DNA of 64,000 bases from Camelus dromedarius. Taxonomy: Eukaryota. The notes beneath the pieces were generated by a model that saw nothing but the letters and a program-made list of their open reading frames with translations, did no database searches and was not told the origin of the DNA. The translations under genes were made by a program, and so were the position numbers. The stretch covers positions 17,112,001 to 17,176,000 of the forward strand of contig NC_087464.1 in NCBI RefSeq assembly GCF_036321535.1, in the 5' to 3' direction. Positions within the stretch are counted from its first letter, which is position 1. The number at the start of each line of letters is the position of its first letter. Below are positions 61,701-64,000 of the stretch, in pieces.

Positions 61701-64000
61701 CGAGGGGAGAACATAACTTCTTTGAAGTCTGTCTCAGGTGCAGGTTTTTGACAACCTGTGTATACTTTCCAAAACCTGTAGTCACAAACAAGTATCACAA
61801 ACAAGCTCCCTCTGTGAGTAAGCGGGTAATTAAGTGTTATATTCAAGAACAGGCTTGTTAGCTGTGGTTACAGTGAAGCAGATGAATAAATAAAATGGAT
61901 CAGTTTTGTATAGATAACTATGAAGATCAGTTAGAACCGCATTCCTAATTTCGCCAGATGTCACCTTCTCAGAGGGGCCCTCCTTGTCTCCGGAATCTGA
62001 AGGTGCCCTCCAGTTATATTTATACTACCTGAAAATAGACCAAGGAATCCAAATAAAGTCTGTATGTTATGTGAGGTCCTTCAACTTTTAAACTACACAG
62101 CACAGTCCAAAACCCTTGTTTTAAAGTCCTTGCATAGGTAAGGGGACTTCTTCCCTACCTCAGTAGTTTGTGGGCAGAACAAAATATTTAGAAAGGGAGA
62201 CCCCTTCTTTCCTTTTTCCTTAGTGCCTGACTCATCTCTGAGTTTTCCCTGCTGGAGAGCTGGCCGTCCAGCTGCTTGCTCACAAGCCTGCTTCCCCAGA
62301 AGCCTGCCTCCCTGCATCAGTCACATCCACAAAATATGCTCATCTTGAAATAGCAAACACTGTTTCTACTAGTGAAGTTCTTTTTAAAGAAAATTCTCTG
62401 CTCTGACCACCTCATCTCATCTCCACTTGTAACATGTTGGTGAAGATACGCCCCTTGCATCTGACCAGACCAGCTTCTGAGTTTTCACTTTAATTGGCCA
62501 CTAACAAGAAAAGGAGGGAACTGCCTGCAGTTTAATGTGCTCTCTCCTCTTGTTTTCACCAGGGCCAGCCTTTCTCGAGGAGGAGCTCGGAGGGAGCAGG
62601 ATCCCTCATCCTTCGCAGCTCAGTGATCTTCCTCCCTCATTTGGAGGCCCTTTTTCAGACAGATCACCTGAAGGGCACTCTTTTCTGTCCTTTAGAATGG
62701 CTTCTGTGCCTCTGTGTTGTCAGAGATCAACCTTAAGAGAACTCTCAACCTCCCTTTGGCCTTCTCTGGAGTATAACAGTTCTTGCATCTTTGCGTAGTA
62801 AAGGATAGGACTGGTCCTTAAGCAGCGGACAGTGAGGGGGTTATTGGGTCTGGGTTCTGCTCAGAAGGGCCTCTGCAGTGAGGTGGTAGAGAAAGATAAT
62901 CACACAAATTAAGTATCACGTTTAAAGGCTCCCAGATTATAAAGGACTTCTCTCATACTTTTGTCTAATAGTTCAGTACTAATTTTTTTTCCTTCAAATC
63001 TTTGATCTCTTTGGGATTTGTCCGAGTATAGGTCCAACTGAAATTTTTCCATTTGCCCTAACTAGTTGTTCCACCATCATTTATTGAATGTGGTGTCTTC
63101 ATAAATTTCGGAGGCTACCTTTATCATGTGTTAAATTCCCATAGTCATAGAGATGATTTTTTCTGTTCCACTGGTCTTTTTTTTTTTCTTCTTCTTTCCT
63201 TTCAGTTTAAAAATTTTTTGTAATTTTTTGTCTTTCTCATTTTTAAAAAAATTCTTATTTGGGTTTTTTTTTTCTCTTTTTTCTTTTTCTTTTTTTTTTT
63301 TTTTCCTATTGGTCTGTCTATTCATGTGCCACCTTGTTAAATTCTGAATTCACATGTCTGTTGAGTCTTTCTGGAGTTTTGGTTTTGTTTCATTAGTCTG
63401 ATTGTCTACTAATGTTTTAATTATTGAGATCTTATAGTATGTCTTAACATCTGACAGAGATAGTTGCTTTCCTCCCCACTCCCTGATTTCAGTCAGTAAT
63501 TGTCTAATAATGTTTATTTTTGTCCTATTAAAGACTCTTCTACTTCAGCTACATGATTTGCCAATTTTAAATGATATCCTTTGAACCCCTAGGTATACAG
63601 ATGAGGCAATCGACAGACATCCTGTATTCCACCGTCTTCCTCGCAACCCCAGTTTTGGTTAGAGTGTCATTTCTACATCACTGAATAATGTTTACATTCT
63701 CTTGTATCACCCCAACCAGCAGAGCCGTTTGTAGATGTTCTGAACTTAAATGTATCAGGTGTTCAGCCCCAACCCTTTTCCTCTGGAATTCCCTTTATCT
63801 TGTTGTGGCTGAAATTCGTCTCCTAACAGTTTCCTTAAGAAGGGCCAGAGGAACAATTTCTGTGAATTTGTGTATATTCGAAGCTTGGCCTATAAACTTT
63901 ATACTTGAAGGACAGTTCTGCTGAACACAAAACCCTGGGCACATGCCTTCTCTTCTTGCATGTCTTGTAGCTACTGCTACACTCTGCGGGGATTGGAGGT

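Noticed and set aside
1-64000. CRISPR arrays, rRNA, snRNA/snoRNA, NUMTs, intact retroelement ORFs
   Set aside because: None seen; all transposon coding remnants are fragmentary.

Overview
Mammalian genomic DNA, almost certainly from a camelid (alpaca/llama/camel), judged from 14 copies of the tRNA-Ala-derived Vic-1-type SINE. It contains three genes. IQGAP1: 5' end only (minus strand; CpG promoter, coding exons 1-2). ZNF774: complete (minus strand; non-coding exon 1 plus 3 coding exons, 1452-nt CDS = 483 aa, 12 C2H2 fingers). ZSCAN2: 5' end only (plus strand; CpG promoter, non-coding exon 1, SCAN exon; the zinc-finger exon is not in the window). The rest is ordinary interspersed repeat (SINE, MIR, L1, L2, MaLR/ERVL/ERV1 LTRs, Tigger and hAT elements), plus two assembly gaps. 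No prokaryotic-type system, CRISPR array or true RNA gene was seen. Most interesting signals: (1) ZNF774 exon 2 is a frameshifted fossil KRAB-A exon, now read in another frame from an ATG hidden in the DVA motif, with the old KRAB frame surviving as an overlapping uORF; (2) ZNF774 and ZSCAN2 are head-to-head with mirror-image promoter/exon architecture and each has a degenerate effector domain, suggesting an ancient inverted duplication; (3) their adjacency is probably the ancestral state, broken in human; (4) a perfect 32-bp GC-box tandem duplication sits in the IQGAP1 core promoter. Gene and repeat-family names come from recall of known sequences, not from database searches.
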